64,000 bases of DNA from a virus (taxonomy: Duplodnaviria > Caudoviricetes). The translations under genes were made by a program, and so were the position numbers. The notes below the pieces were generated by a model. That model was not told the DNA's origin and searched no databases. It saw nothing but the letters and a program-made list of their open reading frames with translations. The DNA lies in IMG/VR virus record IMGVR_UViG_3300029305_001183, positions 1,273 through 65,272 of that record; one strand, written 5' to 3'. Below, piece after piece: positions 1 to 9,632 of this stretch. Every line of letters starts with the position of its first letter. Within the stretch, counting starts at the first letter, position 1.

Positions 1-107
1 ATAATATATGTTCCATCGCTTGCGTATAAATCATATCCTGCGGCTTTTTCACTTCCTATTGTGGGGATGTGTGCGCCATCTCTGAGTTTTACAAATTTTG
101 CTGTCAT
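1..107 (-). CDS. dut: dUTPase, N-terminal part (runs off the window edge)
   Basis: Manual translation MTAKFVKLRDGAHIPTIGSEKAAGYDLYASDGTYI; AGYDL is dUTPase motif 1; SD AGGAGGTG upstream. Confidence 0.85.
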   Translation of the reverse strand, partial: MTAKFVKLRDGAHIPTIGSEKAAGYDLYASDGTYI

Positions 108-119
108 ACTATCACCTCC

Positions 120-368
120 TTAAATAGAAAACATATTCCACCAATGAGGCAGATTGCTCGTGGTCTTAAAAGTAAAACTGCCGTAATCTTCTACAAATTT
201 CACTCTAAGCTCCTCGAAGTTCTCATACGCATCAAGAACTTCTTTGTAGCGAATTTCCTTTTCTGCTCTTAACTTATCCTTTTCTTCTTGCTCTCTTCTT
301 TCAAGTTCTGCTTCGAGATCTTGTAGCATCTTTCTAAGATCTTCCGTTTTCATCTCTTCCATAATCAA
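120..368 (-). CDS. hypothetical coiled-coil protein
   Basis: ORF track; co-directional tiling with SD. Confidence 0.6.
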   Translation of the reverse strand: MIMEEMKTEDLRKMLQDLEAELERREQEEKDKLRAEKEIRYKEVLDAYENFEELRVKFVEDYGSFTFKTTSNLPHWWNMFSI

Positions 369-393
369 TCATCCTTTCAATCATTTTGTATTG

Positions 394-606
394 TTAATCT
401 TCTACTTTGATAATCTTGTATTTGCCACAGTTACACTCTGTTTCCTCACCTCTTGCGAGAGCGTCTCTAAATGATTGACAAATACACTTCGTAGATTGGT
501 CCCATATAATTGCACAAGGACAGTATCCTTTTGTTTCTTGGAGTTGTCTATTTACCTCAGCGATAAGTTCACGATCATCACCAAGTACAATTTTATATTT
601 AGCCAT
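394..606 (-). CDS. ferredoxin:thioredoxin reductase catalytic-subunit-like protein
   Basis: GYCPC...KCIC...ECNCGKY resembles the FTR CPC/CPC/CHC triad; start MAKYK overlaps the nrdG stop (TAATG). Confidence 0.75.
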   Translation of the reverse strand: MAKYKIVLGDDRELIAEVNRQLQETKGYCPCAIIWDQSTKCICQSFRDALARGEETECNCGKYKIIKVED

Positions 607-1082
607 TATGATATCCTTTCTGCCCATTGGTTGTCACTAGCTAGTTTAATCCCCAATACTTCGTCGTAATGTGGCTGTTGGTTTGGAACAAAACGACCAA
701 ACTTAACAATAATATTTGAAAACTCGGTCAGTCGTTTGATTTTGTCTTGAATTTCATTTTTATGAAATCCAGTATATACCACTATATCATCTTGGTTATA
801 TTGTCTAAAACATTTAATAAAATTAAAAAGTTGTTCAAATTCATCAAAATTTTCCAACCCACCAAAAACAATAGCAGAGGTAATTGGGTTTGTTTTATAC
901 CTTTGTACCAAAGTATCAATTGTCACCATTTTTGTTTGTTCTAAGGCCAATCCCTTATTAATACACAAACAGGTGTTATTTTCTTTATCACATTTGAAAT
1001 CACAAATTGTATTAGAAACGAACATAGACGGTTTTTTATATTGTAAAAAACTTTCATCTTCAATCCCTTTTGTTTTAAACAT
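606..1082 (-). CDS. nrdG: anaerobic ribonucleotide reductase activase domain (radical SAM)
   Basis: MFKTKGIEDESFLQYKKPSMF..CDFKC..C..C, FGGLE, VVYTGF, KFGRF, LASDNQ; directly downstream of nrdD. Confidence 0.85.
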   Translation of the reverse strand: MFKTKGIEDESFLQYKKPSMFVSNTICDFKCDKENNTCLCINKGLALEQTKMVTIDTLVQRYKTNPITSAIVFGGLENFDEFEQLFNFIKCFRQYNQDDIVVYTGFHKNEIQDKIKRLTEFSNIIVKFGRFVPNQQPHYDEVLGIKLASDNQWAERIS

Positions 1083-1943
1083 TAGTAATTTTTCTGGGAT
1101 AATTTCTTCATCGTAACGAATTTCAATCAATGGAATATTGTGTTTTAAACAATATTCTCGCTTTAATTTATCTCTTTCAATTGATTCTTGAAATTCTTCA
1201 TCTGATAAATTAAAGGTGTTTTCAAAATGTTGTATTCCTTGATACTCAATTAAATATTGTGGAATATTTTCTTTATTCAAAACGCAAAAATCAAACCTTA
1301 AATACTGTCCGTATTTACTCTTTAGATCTTTAAATGTGTATTCCTTCTCAAATTCAACATGATACTCTTTTAAAATTTTTGCGATTTGCTTCTCCCCATA
1401 TGAAGATATACATCCACAAGACTTAGTATGTCCGATTTTAAGCTTATTGGTTGATACGACCGTTTTAGCTCCACAATTTAAGCACTCACAATTCCAATAA
1501 TGTTGTTTTAATTTATATCGTTCCATATTTTCAGAAATCACCTTTAAATACCCAAAGATTTGTCCGGTTAGATCTTCATACGGTCTTGGTCTACAACCAC
1601 AAGTTAATATTTTACCAGATGATAAATGATTTAAATCAACCTCTTTTTCATTGCCGCATTCACACCTACATAGCATTCTTCTACAATTGTGTGTTGGTGT
1701 CACTTCTTTTATTATTGTTAGTTTGCCAAAAGTGTATCCAGTCCAATCTTCTTTATATGGACGCATACACCCACAAGTAGTTGTATTGCCGCTACGTAAA
1801 TTATCGCCTGTTATTATGGTAGTATTTCCACATTTACATTGACACAACCAGCGAGACTTATGCGTCCCTTTTGGGGACACATAATCTTCTTCTCGCGAGA
1901 CAACAATCAGTTTACCGAATTGTCTGCCTATTAAATCTTGCAT
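606..1943 (-). CDS. in-frame fusion: putative homing endonuclease (3 Cys-rich repeats + PD-(D/E)XK/Vsr-like domain) joined to NrdG
   Basis: Three DLxGxxFGxL...CxCxCG...L.SG..xSCGC repeats, then RFDF...LIEYQGIQH, then NrdG with no stop; ATG at 1943 has SD AGGTGA. Confidence 0.8.
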   Translation of the reverse strand: MQDLIGRQFGKLIVVSREEDYVSPKGTHKSRWLCQCKCGNTTIITGDNLRSGNTTTCGCMRPYKEDWTGYTFGKLTIIKEVTPTHNCRRMLCRCECGNEKEVDLNHLSSGKILTCGCRPRPYEDLTGQIFGYLKVISENMERYKLKQHYWNCECLNCGAKTVVSTNKLKIGHTKSCGCISSYGEKQIAKILKEYHVEFEKEYTFKDLKSKYGQYLRFDFCVLNKENIPQYLIEYQGIQHFENTFNLSDEEFQESIERDKLKREYCLKHNIPLIEIRYDEEIIPEKLLMFKTKGIEDESFLQYKKPSMFVSNTICDFKCDKENNTCLCINKGLALEQTKMVTIDTLVQRYKTNPITSAIVFGGLENFDEFEQLFNFIKCFRQYNQDDIVVYTGFHKNEIQDKIKRLTEFSNIIVKFGRFVPNQQPHYDEVLGIKLASDNQWAERIS

Positions 1944-1944
1944 A

Positions 1945-3885
1945 TTAATCACCTATCACAGAAGTTTCACCATACATTACCGCGGTATCATACCACTGAC
2001 GAGCAGAGAACTCCGTAAATCTTTCCTTGCTATAAGACTTAGAGGGTGTGAGGAAGCCTACGACTCTCTGGTAAGTATCACAAGCGTGCTCTCCACACTC
2101 AGGGCAAATATCTGAGTCTACGAAACCGTGATGGTTCTTGCAGACATTAATCTTGGTATTGTAGCAGAAGTAGATAACACCCTGGCTGGCAATGTAGTTC
2201 AACATCTCCCACGCCATATCGGTATTTGGGAAGTTGTTGTCGATGTTGATGTGAGCGATGGCTCCACCGGAACACTTGTTGTCGAGAATCGCACTCGTTC
2301 TGATCTTTTCATTAATCGTACACTTCTCGGTAAGAGGAATCCACTGATTGCTATAGATGAAGTTATCGTGCACGTCAAAGAGGATATTATCCTTAGCACA
2401 AAGTTTTACTGCTGCTTGTTCAGCAGGGACACTTTCAATGTTAAACGAATACTCGTCAGTAAATCCATCCTTAGTTTCATTCAGTACATCAAAAATCTTC
2501 CCAGCGAAATCCATTCCCTTTTCAGTATAGAATTTATTGCCAAACTCATCTGTTTCAATATATCCAAATTTCTCCATGGTTTCGTATAAACCTAAAATTC
2601 CTACCGTACAGTATTGCTTATCCATCTCAATACCACCGTCGCAGTAGTTAGGAAGCAAACCCTTTTCAATGTTTCGGTTGATAATATGTCTTACTCTATC
2701 AAGAACCTTGCAACAGAGAGTAGTTCGCTTCTTAAGAAGATTGAGATACTTCTTTTCAGTCACCTCTTCACCAAGTTCATAAAAGATATGAACGAGATTG
2801 ATTGTATTAACTTTAACAGAACCAATACTCAGCGCGGTACCACCGATAGAATTGATGAAGCCCTTCAGTTTCGATGTATCAGAAAGAAGTCTACAACAAT
2901 TACTCAAAGTGGTTACATCTCCGCTAACAAAGAAGTTGGAATCATTCCATTTGCAGTTATGGTCTGAGCACCATCTTGCAAACTCTTCATCTACAAACTT
3001 ACCGTCCTTGTAAAGAAGAGAATATGTTAAAACGGGGAAGGTGAACATATTCTCCTGTCTAATCTTTGATACAACTTCCATAAATATTTTCTGATGCTCA
3101 ATAAATTCGTCCACATAGTCAATTGCAAATGTGCCATCAGGGAATTCGAGTCCACCGAACAGTGCTTCGTAATACTCTCTATCAAAAATAGAGACATTGA
3201 CAAATGCTGATTGGTCAATTCTCATAAAGGGCTGATTCAACCTATAAATCAACTTCTGGAATGACTGTCTTACATAATAATCTGGATTGTTAATAACGAA
3301 ACCACTTTCACAGTCCTTCTTCCAAAAATAATATGTCCATACAAGAATATTTGGAATACCAACCGCACCCGAGGATCGATTGCTCATAAAACTAATAAAT
3401 TCGATAACATCATCAATGAATGTTGTTAAATGCTTGGGCGGTTGAGAATTATAGTTCTTTAAGAAGAACAATCCCTCAGTTGCAAGTCTGCTAAGATCAT
3501 ATGCATAGCAATAAGGTACATATGTAGTAGAAGGAAAGTCGTGAAGATAGAAACCTCCAGTATATTCGGTTTCAAGCCACTCTTTTGCCGTCTTCAAACC
3601 ATACTTCTTTTTAATCTCATAAAAGATTTTATTTGCTGCAATAACCTTGTCAACAGATTTCCCCTTTTCCGTTCTGAACGATGCAATATCCTTGCTAGAT
3701 GCATTGGCGTTAGCGTCAATAGTTACATCTGCTACATTCTTATCAACAAATGCGTCAATAAAATCAGAAAAATTCATCTGGGAATTGTGAATTCCATTAA
3801 GGATTTCAAAATCCTCCCCGTACTTTTCTCTTAGAGTTTCAAGTGCTCTTTCAAAATCCTTATTAAACTTAAGTTCGATATCCAT
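1945..3885 (-). CDS. nrdD: class III anaerobic ribonucleoside-triphosphate reductase, no ATP cone
   Basis: SNCCRL, ESVPAE, C-terminal Zn site CKNHH...CPECG and glycyl-radical motif YQRVVGF. Confidence 0.95.
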   Translation of the reverse strand: MDIELKFNKDFERALETLREKYGEDFEILNGIHNSQMNFSDFIDAFVDKNVADVTIDANANASSKDIASFRTEKGKSVDKVIAANKIFYEIKKKYGLKTAKEWLETEYTGGFYLHDFPSTTYVPYCYAYDLSRLATEGLFFLKNYNSQPPKHLTTFIDDVIEFISFMSNRSSGAVGIPNILVWTYYFWKKDCESGFVINNPDYYVRQSFQKLIYRLNQPFMRIDQSAFVNVSIFDREYYEALFGGLEFPDGTFAIDYVDEFIEHQKIFMEVVSKIRQENMFTFPVLTYSLLYKDGKFVDEEFARWCSDHNCKWNDSNFFVSGDVTTLSNCCRLLSDTSKLKGFINSIGGTALSIGSVKVNTINLVHIFYELGEEVTEKKYLNLLKKRTTLCCKVLDRVRHIINRNIEKGLLPNYCDGGIEMDKQYCTVGILGLYETMEKFGYIETDEFGNKFYTEKGMDFAGKIFDVLNETKDGFTDEYSFNIESVPAEQAAVKLCAKDNILFDVHDNFIYSNQWIPLTEKCTINEKIRTSAILDNKCSGGAIAHINIDNNFPNTDMAWEMLNYIASQGVIYFCYNTKINVCKNHHGFVDSDICPECGEHACDTYQRVVGFLTPSKSYSKERFTEFSARQWYDTAVMYGETSVIGD

Positions 3886-3888
3886 ATT

Positions 3889-4092
3889 TTACTGTCCTTT
3901 CAACCAATCTACTGCTTCTTTAAATCCATAAATAATTCCATCAACCTCAAGCTTAGGTGCTTCCTGAAATCCTTTTGCCTTCATGACCTCAATGTCGTTG
4001 ACAGTTTCATATTCAACGCCACTCTTATCGAGTTTCATTTTTAAAATCTTGCATTTTGGACATCCATGCTCATACAAAATTACTTTTCCCAT
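3889..4092 (-). CDS. nrdH: glutaredoxin/NrdH-like redoxin
   Basis: 67 aa, CPKC active site, EAPKL cis-Pro region. Confidence 0.85.
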   Translation of the reverse strand: MGKVILYEHGCPKCKILKMKLDKSGVEYETVNDIEVMKAKGFQEAPKLEVDGIIYGFKEAVDWLKGQ

Positions 4093-4646
4093 TCCTTATT
4101 CTTCCTTTCTATATCATTAATAATGCAAACAATATCTCTCCAATTGCTGGCTCGATAAATATCATACGAATAATCTTTTGATGAATCTCTATTATATGGA
4201 TAATCAAAGCAGATTCTTTCGCAAATGTTACCCGTCAAATTGTCTAAACAATCATCAATCATAATATCGCACTTCAACAAGCTTTTATCCATAATTCTGA
4301 TGATGTTGTCCGTTGGAATAAAGTTAAAATATTGCTTAATCCATTGACATTTCCATTCAAAATTAATAGGATCAGTTGCTGTCGCCAAATATACTTGATG
4401 ACCATTTTTGATTAATTGTCTTAAATATTTTTGAGATCCTTCAATTGGATGTAAATTGTTCCAAAATTCTTTTAACTTAAATAAGCCAATAATTTTATCT
4501 GCAATATCAGTCGGTAAACATTCATCAAAATTATATGATGTAATGTCATCCATTTTTAGACTAGTGTCCATATGTTCGTTGCAAATGTCGATTGCTGCTT
4601 GAGTTAAATTATTAAGAACACCGTCAATATCACACATAATAATCAT
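4080..4646 (-). CDS. 5'(3')-deoxyribonucleotidase (HAD, NT5C-like)
   Basis: DIDGVL motif I, LATAT, MIDD motif IV; ATGA overlap with upstream gene. Confidence 0.85.
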   Translation of the reverse strand: MIIMCDIDGVLNNLTQAAIDICNEHMDTSLKMDDITSYNFDECLPTDIADKIIGLFKLKEFWNNLHPIEGSQKYLRQLIKNGHQVYLATATDPINFEWKCQWIKQYFNFIPTDNIIRIMDKSLLKCDIMIDDCLDNLTGNICERICFDYPYNRDSSKDYSYDIYRASNWRDIVCIINDIERKNKEWEK

Positions 4647-5230
4647 TCTGTTGTATCCTCCTTGTTTTTCCAACACCCCTCGACTTGGCTAATCCATCGA
4701 AGTACAGAGTAAGCCCGATAAACATCAATATTAGATATTGCATAGTCGAAATCTGCATTTCTCAGCATGGCGCGAAATTGGTCTCGCTCTGCCATCTCCC
4801 TTTTCATGAATGTGAGTCTGTCATCACCACGTTTTGATAGTGCACGATCCTTGCGAACATCGTCTGGAGTATTGACATATACAGTTACGAGTCTCAAATT
4901 TGGCAAATCGAGTTCTCGCAAATGTTGAACTCCAACAGGATCGATAACATAAATATCATTTTCATATAGTTGGTCAATAGTGCAACAATACTTATATGTT
5001 CCAATCTGTGTAAAAGCTGCAATCCGACCAGAGTCTTCGAGCGTTTTATACTCTTCGTCAGAAATAAAGATATGTGTATCGCCTTCATTTACCCTGCGTT
5101 CTCTCGTGGTGTAACTGATAATCTGCCGCAATCCGGTGCGTTCACACAGTTTGTTTGCGAGGGTATCCTTGCCACTAGCAGTACGCCCCATTAAGCATAT
5201 TAGCACGTGTTCCTTATCCATTTGTATCAC
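4643..5230 (-). CDS. gmk: guanylate kinase-like protein
   Basis: GRTASGKDT P-loop, SYTTRERRVNE, THIF. Confidence 0.85.
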   Translation of the reverse strand: MIQMDKEHVLICLMGRTASGKDTLANKLCERTGLRQIISYTTRERRVNEGDTHIFISDEEYKTLEDSGRIAAFTQIGTYKYCCTIDQLYENDIYVIDPVGVQHLRELDLPNLRLVTVYVNTPDDVRKDRALSKRGDDRLTFMKREMAERDQFRAMLRNADFDYAISNIDVYRAYSVLRWISQVEGCWKNKEDTTE

Positions 5231-5762
5231 CGCCTTGGTATTTCTTATTTAATCCACAACAGTTAAACTCTGTACATCTGCCCCCGCGATACGAACACAT
5301 TGGCTCTAATGTTCCATTAAACTCTGGGCAAGCCTCAATGACAAGCCTACAGATTTCTTCCATAACTTGACGAGTAAATGGATCTGCTTGCATACACAAT
5401 CTACGTCTTGCCATAAACATAAGTTCTTGTGCGTTGATATACATCATATGGGATACAGGAGAATCCTGAGGTGCCTTAGTTCTGTCATAATTGTCTTGAC
5501 GGTCATTTCTTTGACTCTGCACAAAGTGAGTGACGCCAGTAAAATGTCTACAGAAATGTACTGATACATAATAAGGAACATTCATTTTAATGCAGAAGTT
5601 TAATGTACGAATCGGACTATGCTCTGACATAAGTAATTTGTGCTTCCACTCGTCTGTTGGGAGTTTCGTGCTATCTTTACCTACTGTGTTAAGAGTGCAC
5701 TTCTTGCATAACATCCAATCTTCTTCTGTAGGATATCTTAAAATTTCTACATTAAAAACCAT
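5214..5762 (-). CDS. thyX: FAD-dependent thymidylate synthase
   Basis: EHSPIR, RH...VQSQR ThyX-type signature. Confidence 0.8.
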   Translation of the reverse strand: MVFNVEILRYPTEEDWMLCKKCTLNTVGKDSTKLPTDEWKHKLLMSEHSPIRTLNFCIKMNVPYYVSVHFCRHFTGVTHFVQSQRNDRQDNYDRTKAPQDSPVSHMMYINAQELMFMARRRLCMQADPFTRQVMEEICRLVIEACPEFNGTLEPMCSYRGGRCTEFNCCGLNKKYQGGDTNG

Positions 5763-5763
5763 A

Positions 5764-5991
5764 TCAAACCTCCACCTTTGTCACGCTAAAGTGTTCCATT
5801 ACGCATTCACAACTACAAAATACCTTGCCATCATCACTTACATAATACTCTTCGTGCTGATCTGTAATTAGTTCACCGCAATTCTCGCAGTATCCGAAAT
5901 TTCTCATTTCATCCATTGCTATTGTCTCCTTCCTGCTCGAATTTTTCTTTCTCATACAGCACGCCATTCTTCGGCGATCTTGTGATTGCAT
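5764..5991 (-). CDS. small Cys-rich (Zn-finger) protein; true start probably internal
   Basis: CENC...FCSCEC. Confidence 0.55.
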   Translation of the reverse strand: MQSQDRRRMACCMRKKNSSRKETIAMDEMRNFGYCENCGELITDQHEEYYVSDDGKVFCSCECVMEHFSVTKVEV

Positions 5992-6256
5992 CTTGTGGTA
6001 ACAATCTTGGTCCTCTAGGAGAATCTTTATATGCCTCAGACATGACGCTATCCCATTGTACTTTGTTTAGTTCACACATCACTTTGTCTCCATAAACAGG
6101 CGCACAGTAAGGCAGAAAACAATGGTCCGCATGATTAAATTCATATCTACGCTTTCTAATGCGCTCTACAAGAGCTTTCTTTCTGTCTTCTGTAAATGTT
6201 ACTACTGGACAAACGCCTGAATAACAACTCGTCCATCCAATCACCTTTTGGCTCAT
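5909..6256 (-). CDS. hypothetical protein
   Basis: ORF track; overlaps neighbours. Confidence 0.6.
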   Translation of the reverse strand: MSQKVIGWTSCYSGVCPVVTFTEDRKKALVERIRKRRYEFNHADHCFLPYCAPVYGDKVMCELNKVQWDSVMSEAYKDSPRGPRLLPQDAITRSPKNGVLYEKEKFEQEGDNSNG

Positions 6257-7029
6257 ATCTCATCATCCTCCTGGGCTTGCTTTGCTTCAATCTGCTTAAT
6301 CATTTCGACAATTTCTCTTTGGTAAGAGTTCTCCTTGAGCCACATACAGTAACTTCGGTCTTTGTTATAAAGATCAATGAGTTTTGTTCCCTTCCACTTA
6401 CCGAAATTGACAACATACTCATCAATGTTCGTAGGAGTAAGTTTAGGTGTTTCGGTGTTGTCAAACGCCATAGTCAAATCTTTTCTACTGGCGAGATAAT
6501 CTGCTAGGTGTACAAAGTGCTGGTATACATCTTCTGGCTTCGGGAGAACAACAGAACTCTTTTTATCCGTTGACCACTGACCCATATGTGATTCAATACA
6601 ATGCGCAATAAACTCAAGTTCATCATGATTTAGATACTGACCTTCATAACTTCTCACTACATTTGCCATCTGAATAGGGTGGTCAAATTTGGTATACTTA
6701 GATTTCTCGTAATCAGACTGTTCTCCAGATTTTCTACCATCATGTACCAAACCAGCGACACGCATCAAATCAAATTTTCTGCTACCGATAGTTGCATACT
6801 GCTCAAGTTCAAAGAAGTAATTGAGAAATCTTACTACGGCAATCTGGTGACGCATTAATCCGCCTACTCCAAGGCTATATGCCGGATGGTACTTACCAGT
6901 TGAAGATGCTCCGACTTCCCAAATATAATTGGGAAGCCCTTCTACAAGCACTCTTGCAAACTCTCGAATATCTTCATTTACAATTGTTGCAAGAATTGGT
7001 GTAACCATATTATTCTGCTGTTCCGTCAT
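6253..7029 (-). CDS. HD-domain phosphohydrolase with C-terminal FGKxKG module
   Basis: H...HD...H...D pattern (RHQ, VHDG, SHMG, HLADY); FGKWKG tail. Confidence 0.75.
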   Translation of the reverse strand: MTEQQNNMVTPILATIVNEDIREFARVLVEGLPNYIWEVGASSTGKYHPAYSLGVGGLMRHQIAVVRFLNYFFELEQYATIGSRKFDLMRVAGLVHDGRKSGEQSDYEKSKYTKFDHPIQMANVVRSYEGQYLNHDELEFIAHCIESHMGQWSTDKKSSVVLPKPEDVYQHFVHLADYLASRKDLTMAFDNTETPKLTPTNIDEYVVNFGKWKGTKLIDLYNKDRSYCMWLKENSYQREIVEMIKQIEAKQAQEDDEI

Positions 7030-7327
7030 TAGTCTCTTCCTCCGTCACTTCTTCCGAATCATTTTGTTGTGTTAACTGTACCGCAAGCATCTTTTTGATA
7101 TCTATGACACAACGTTCATAGTCTCGCAGACTAGTCTTGCCAGGCTTTTCAAGATGCTTTTTGAACTTACCCATGACTGCCGCTGAGATATAAGTAGCAC
7201 CAATTCTCATTCCTTGAGTTCTAACTGCTTCGAAGTGCTCTTCGATGACCTTCTTAAGTTCTTCTTTGTTAGCATTCTTTATTTCGTCAACTACATCTGT
7301 CATATTAATTTCTTCTGCCATAATCAA
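7010..7327 (-). CDS. hypothetical protein
   Basis: ORF track. Confidence 0.6.
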   Translation of the reverse strand: MIMAEEINMTDVVDEIKNANKEELKKVIEEHFEAVRTQGMRIGATYISAAVMGKFKKHLEKPGKTSLRDYERCVIDIKKMLAVQLTQQNDSEEVTEEETNDGTAE

Positions 7328-7336
7328 TATCCTTTC

Positions 7337-9632
7337 TTAATCATTAAAATGTAATGCATACTTCGTCCATACTTCTGCCTTGTGACCATCTTCGATGAAC
7401 AACGAGCACATAATGGCAATTAGACAAGCGACGACAATACTATTGCCTGCCTGCTTGTAAAGACCAGATGCCGCCACATACCGAGTAGCACGACGATGGT
7501 CTCTGTCGGTAAAATTCATAAGTCTCCAGCATTCACACGATGTGAGTTTTCTAATTCTCCATCTGATCTTTGGCTCTTCTTGCTCGATAACACCCTCATA
7601 TCCAAGACCATTAACAACATTCTCTTCAAGGTTTCTCGATCCTTGTTTGTAAATCGACGCCCTAATCGCCGAAGCAACCTGCTTACCTCTTGTGCTACAA
7701 GGATACTCAATTTCTCCATCTGCCGCTTTAAGTCCAACTCTCTCGCTTCTAATTGTAGGAGCCGTATCCGAATACACTCTCGGTTCTCTACTCTGATAGA
7801 AATCTTCCACAATAACAGGCTCAATAATCTTAACGCCGTTGCGTTCTGCAGAAGCACCACAGTTGCAAGTAAGAGTATTAATTGCATCCTGGTCTGCACT
7901 GATACGACTGTTGTAATCGTCATATACGATAGGCTCTTTTACAATAAAACTTGACTGAGTGGTCGTTCCATTAATCGCCGGTGAATAACCTTCAAATACT
8001 CTATTCGCTTTATTGTATCCATTGGGAAAACTAATATCGGCACAATCACCAACATTGAACTCGTCAACCACATCGCTATGAATGTATCTCTTAACATTAC
8101 CGTCCTCGGTAATCATCTTCTTCTGAGTTTCAGTCCACAGATTCTTTTCTGCCTGAGGTTCAAGAACATAATTATCCTTCTGTACAGTTGTAATTGTATT
8201 AGCCACACCATCATTGCGAGGTTTCATCTCCCTCATATTGCCAATCTTTTCATCGACTTCTCCGGCCTCATACTGCTTACGAATCGCCTTGCCATATTCT
8301 GTTCTTTCTGCACGAAGCACCTGAGGTTCGCACACATAATTATCTTTCTGTACACTTGTGAGAGTGTTTGTGCAACCACTATAGTTCGGCTCAAGTCTCT
8401 GTTCCGTAGGTGCTCCAGTCGTTCTATCGGAAGGATTATCTGGATTTCTGCCACGAGAAGCGACGATGAAAGGTTCTTCTGTTACAATAAACGGCTGACG
8501 ATTACCTCCTTGCATTGTGTCTAGCGTTGGTGAAATAGAATCCTTATCCCAAATGGCACCAGCCTGGTGTCTACCATCTTCGCTATCGTAAAGACCGCCA
8601 AGTCTAATAGGTTCAAGTTCCTCGACTGGCACACACTTAGGATCTTTGTAATCTCTTGCGAGAAGCGTATCACACACATCGGTTGTCTGAATGCGTTTCT
8701 TCTCTTGCATAAAGGTTGAGTTGAGAATCTTCTCGATACGGTCATCGGGAAGGTAATACTTCTCATCAACATCGTGCTCAAGGACATCTTTAAGGCGAGT
8801 TGTAAGAGGAATAGTTTCGGGGAAAATATATCCCTTGGTATCTACATCCTTACGAATGGAGATTGCAAAAATACGCTCTCTATTCTGAGGGATACCATAG
8901 TGCTTTCCATTAAGCACCTTATAATATGTATTATATCCAATAAGATCAAGCCAATTAAGCCATGCATCGAACTGAGGCTTAAATTTCTTGCCGACAAGAT
9001 TCTTTACATTTTCAAGCAACAGATACCGGGGAAGCGTCCCTTCTTCATAAGATACCGTAAGTAGTCTCTGAACCTGACCAAGAAGACCAGAACGAGTGCT
9101 CTTGATATCGATGTTTCCACAGTTAGGACAAATATTATTTGTCTTAGGATCTTCAAAGTTAATAGGCCAAGAACAGTCACACTTATCACACTTATTAACC
9201 ATACCTTCTCCCTTTCCAGCCACTGAAAGGTCAGTGCAAGGATAAGAATATGTAACAAAATCCACATAAGGTAATCTTTCAACCTTGCTAATATCGCCAA
9301 GGTTCTTGCTAAGTTTGTCGGCGATATAATACTGCTTCAACTTTGTAATAGGGGTACGCATTGTAATTTTATGTTTACCCTTTTGGAAGTCGTAACCCAA
9401 GTTCTTATCCTGAAGTTCAGCAACCATCTGTTCCTGAGAAGGAAAATCGAATGTTTTCATTTCCTTCTCCAAATCCCATCTCATTGCAGCATAACTCAGA
9501 ACTGCATCTGCGTCGCAATCACAAGTATTTTTTATTTCATAAGGCAACTCCAACTGCCGGAGTGCTCTCTCCTGTGCTCCTATACCAGCACTAGGAGAAC
9601 AACTCAATCATAGATATGATATTGTTGTTCAT
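7337..9632 (-). pseudogene. large multi-TRD DNA (cytosine-5) methyltransferase, frame broken inside motif I
   Basis: MNNNIISMIELFS-TAG in one frame (9591..9632, SD GAAGGAG), AGIGAQ... in another; YPCTD (IV), ENVKN (VI), PQNRER (VIII), RKLTSCE and QAGNSIVV (IX-X). Confidence 0.8.

Noticed and set aside
9591-9593. Amber (TAG) recoding suggested by the stop in the MTase
   Set aside because: Read-through alone would not restore the frame, long genes are intact in the standard code, and no CUA-anticodon tRNA is present
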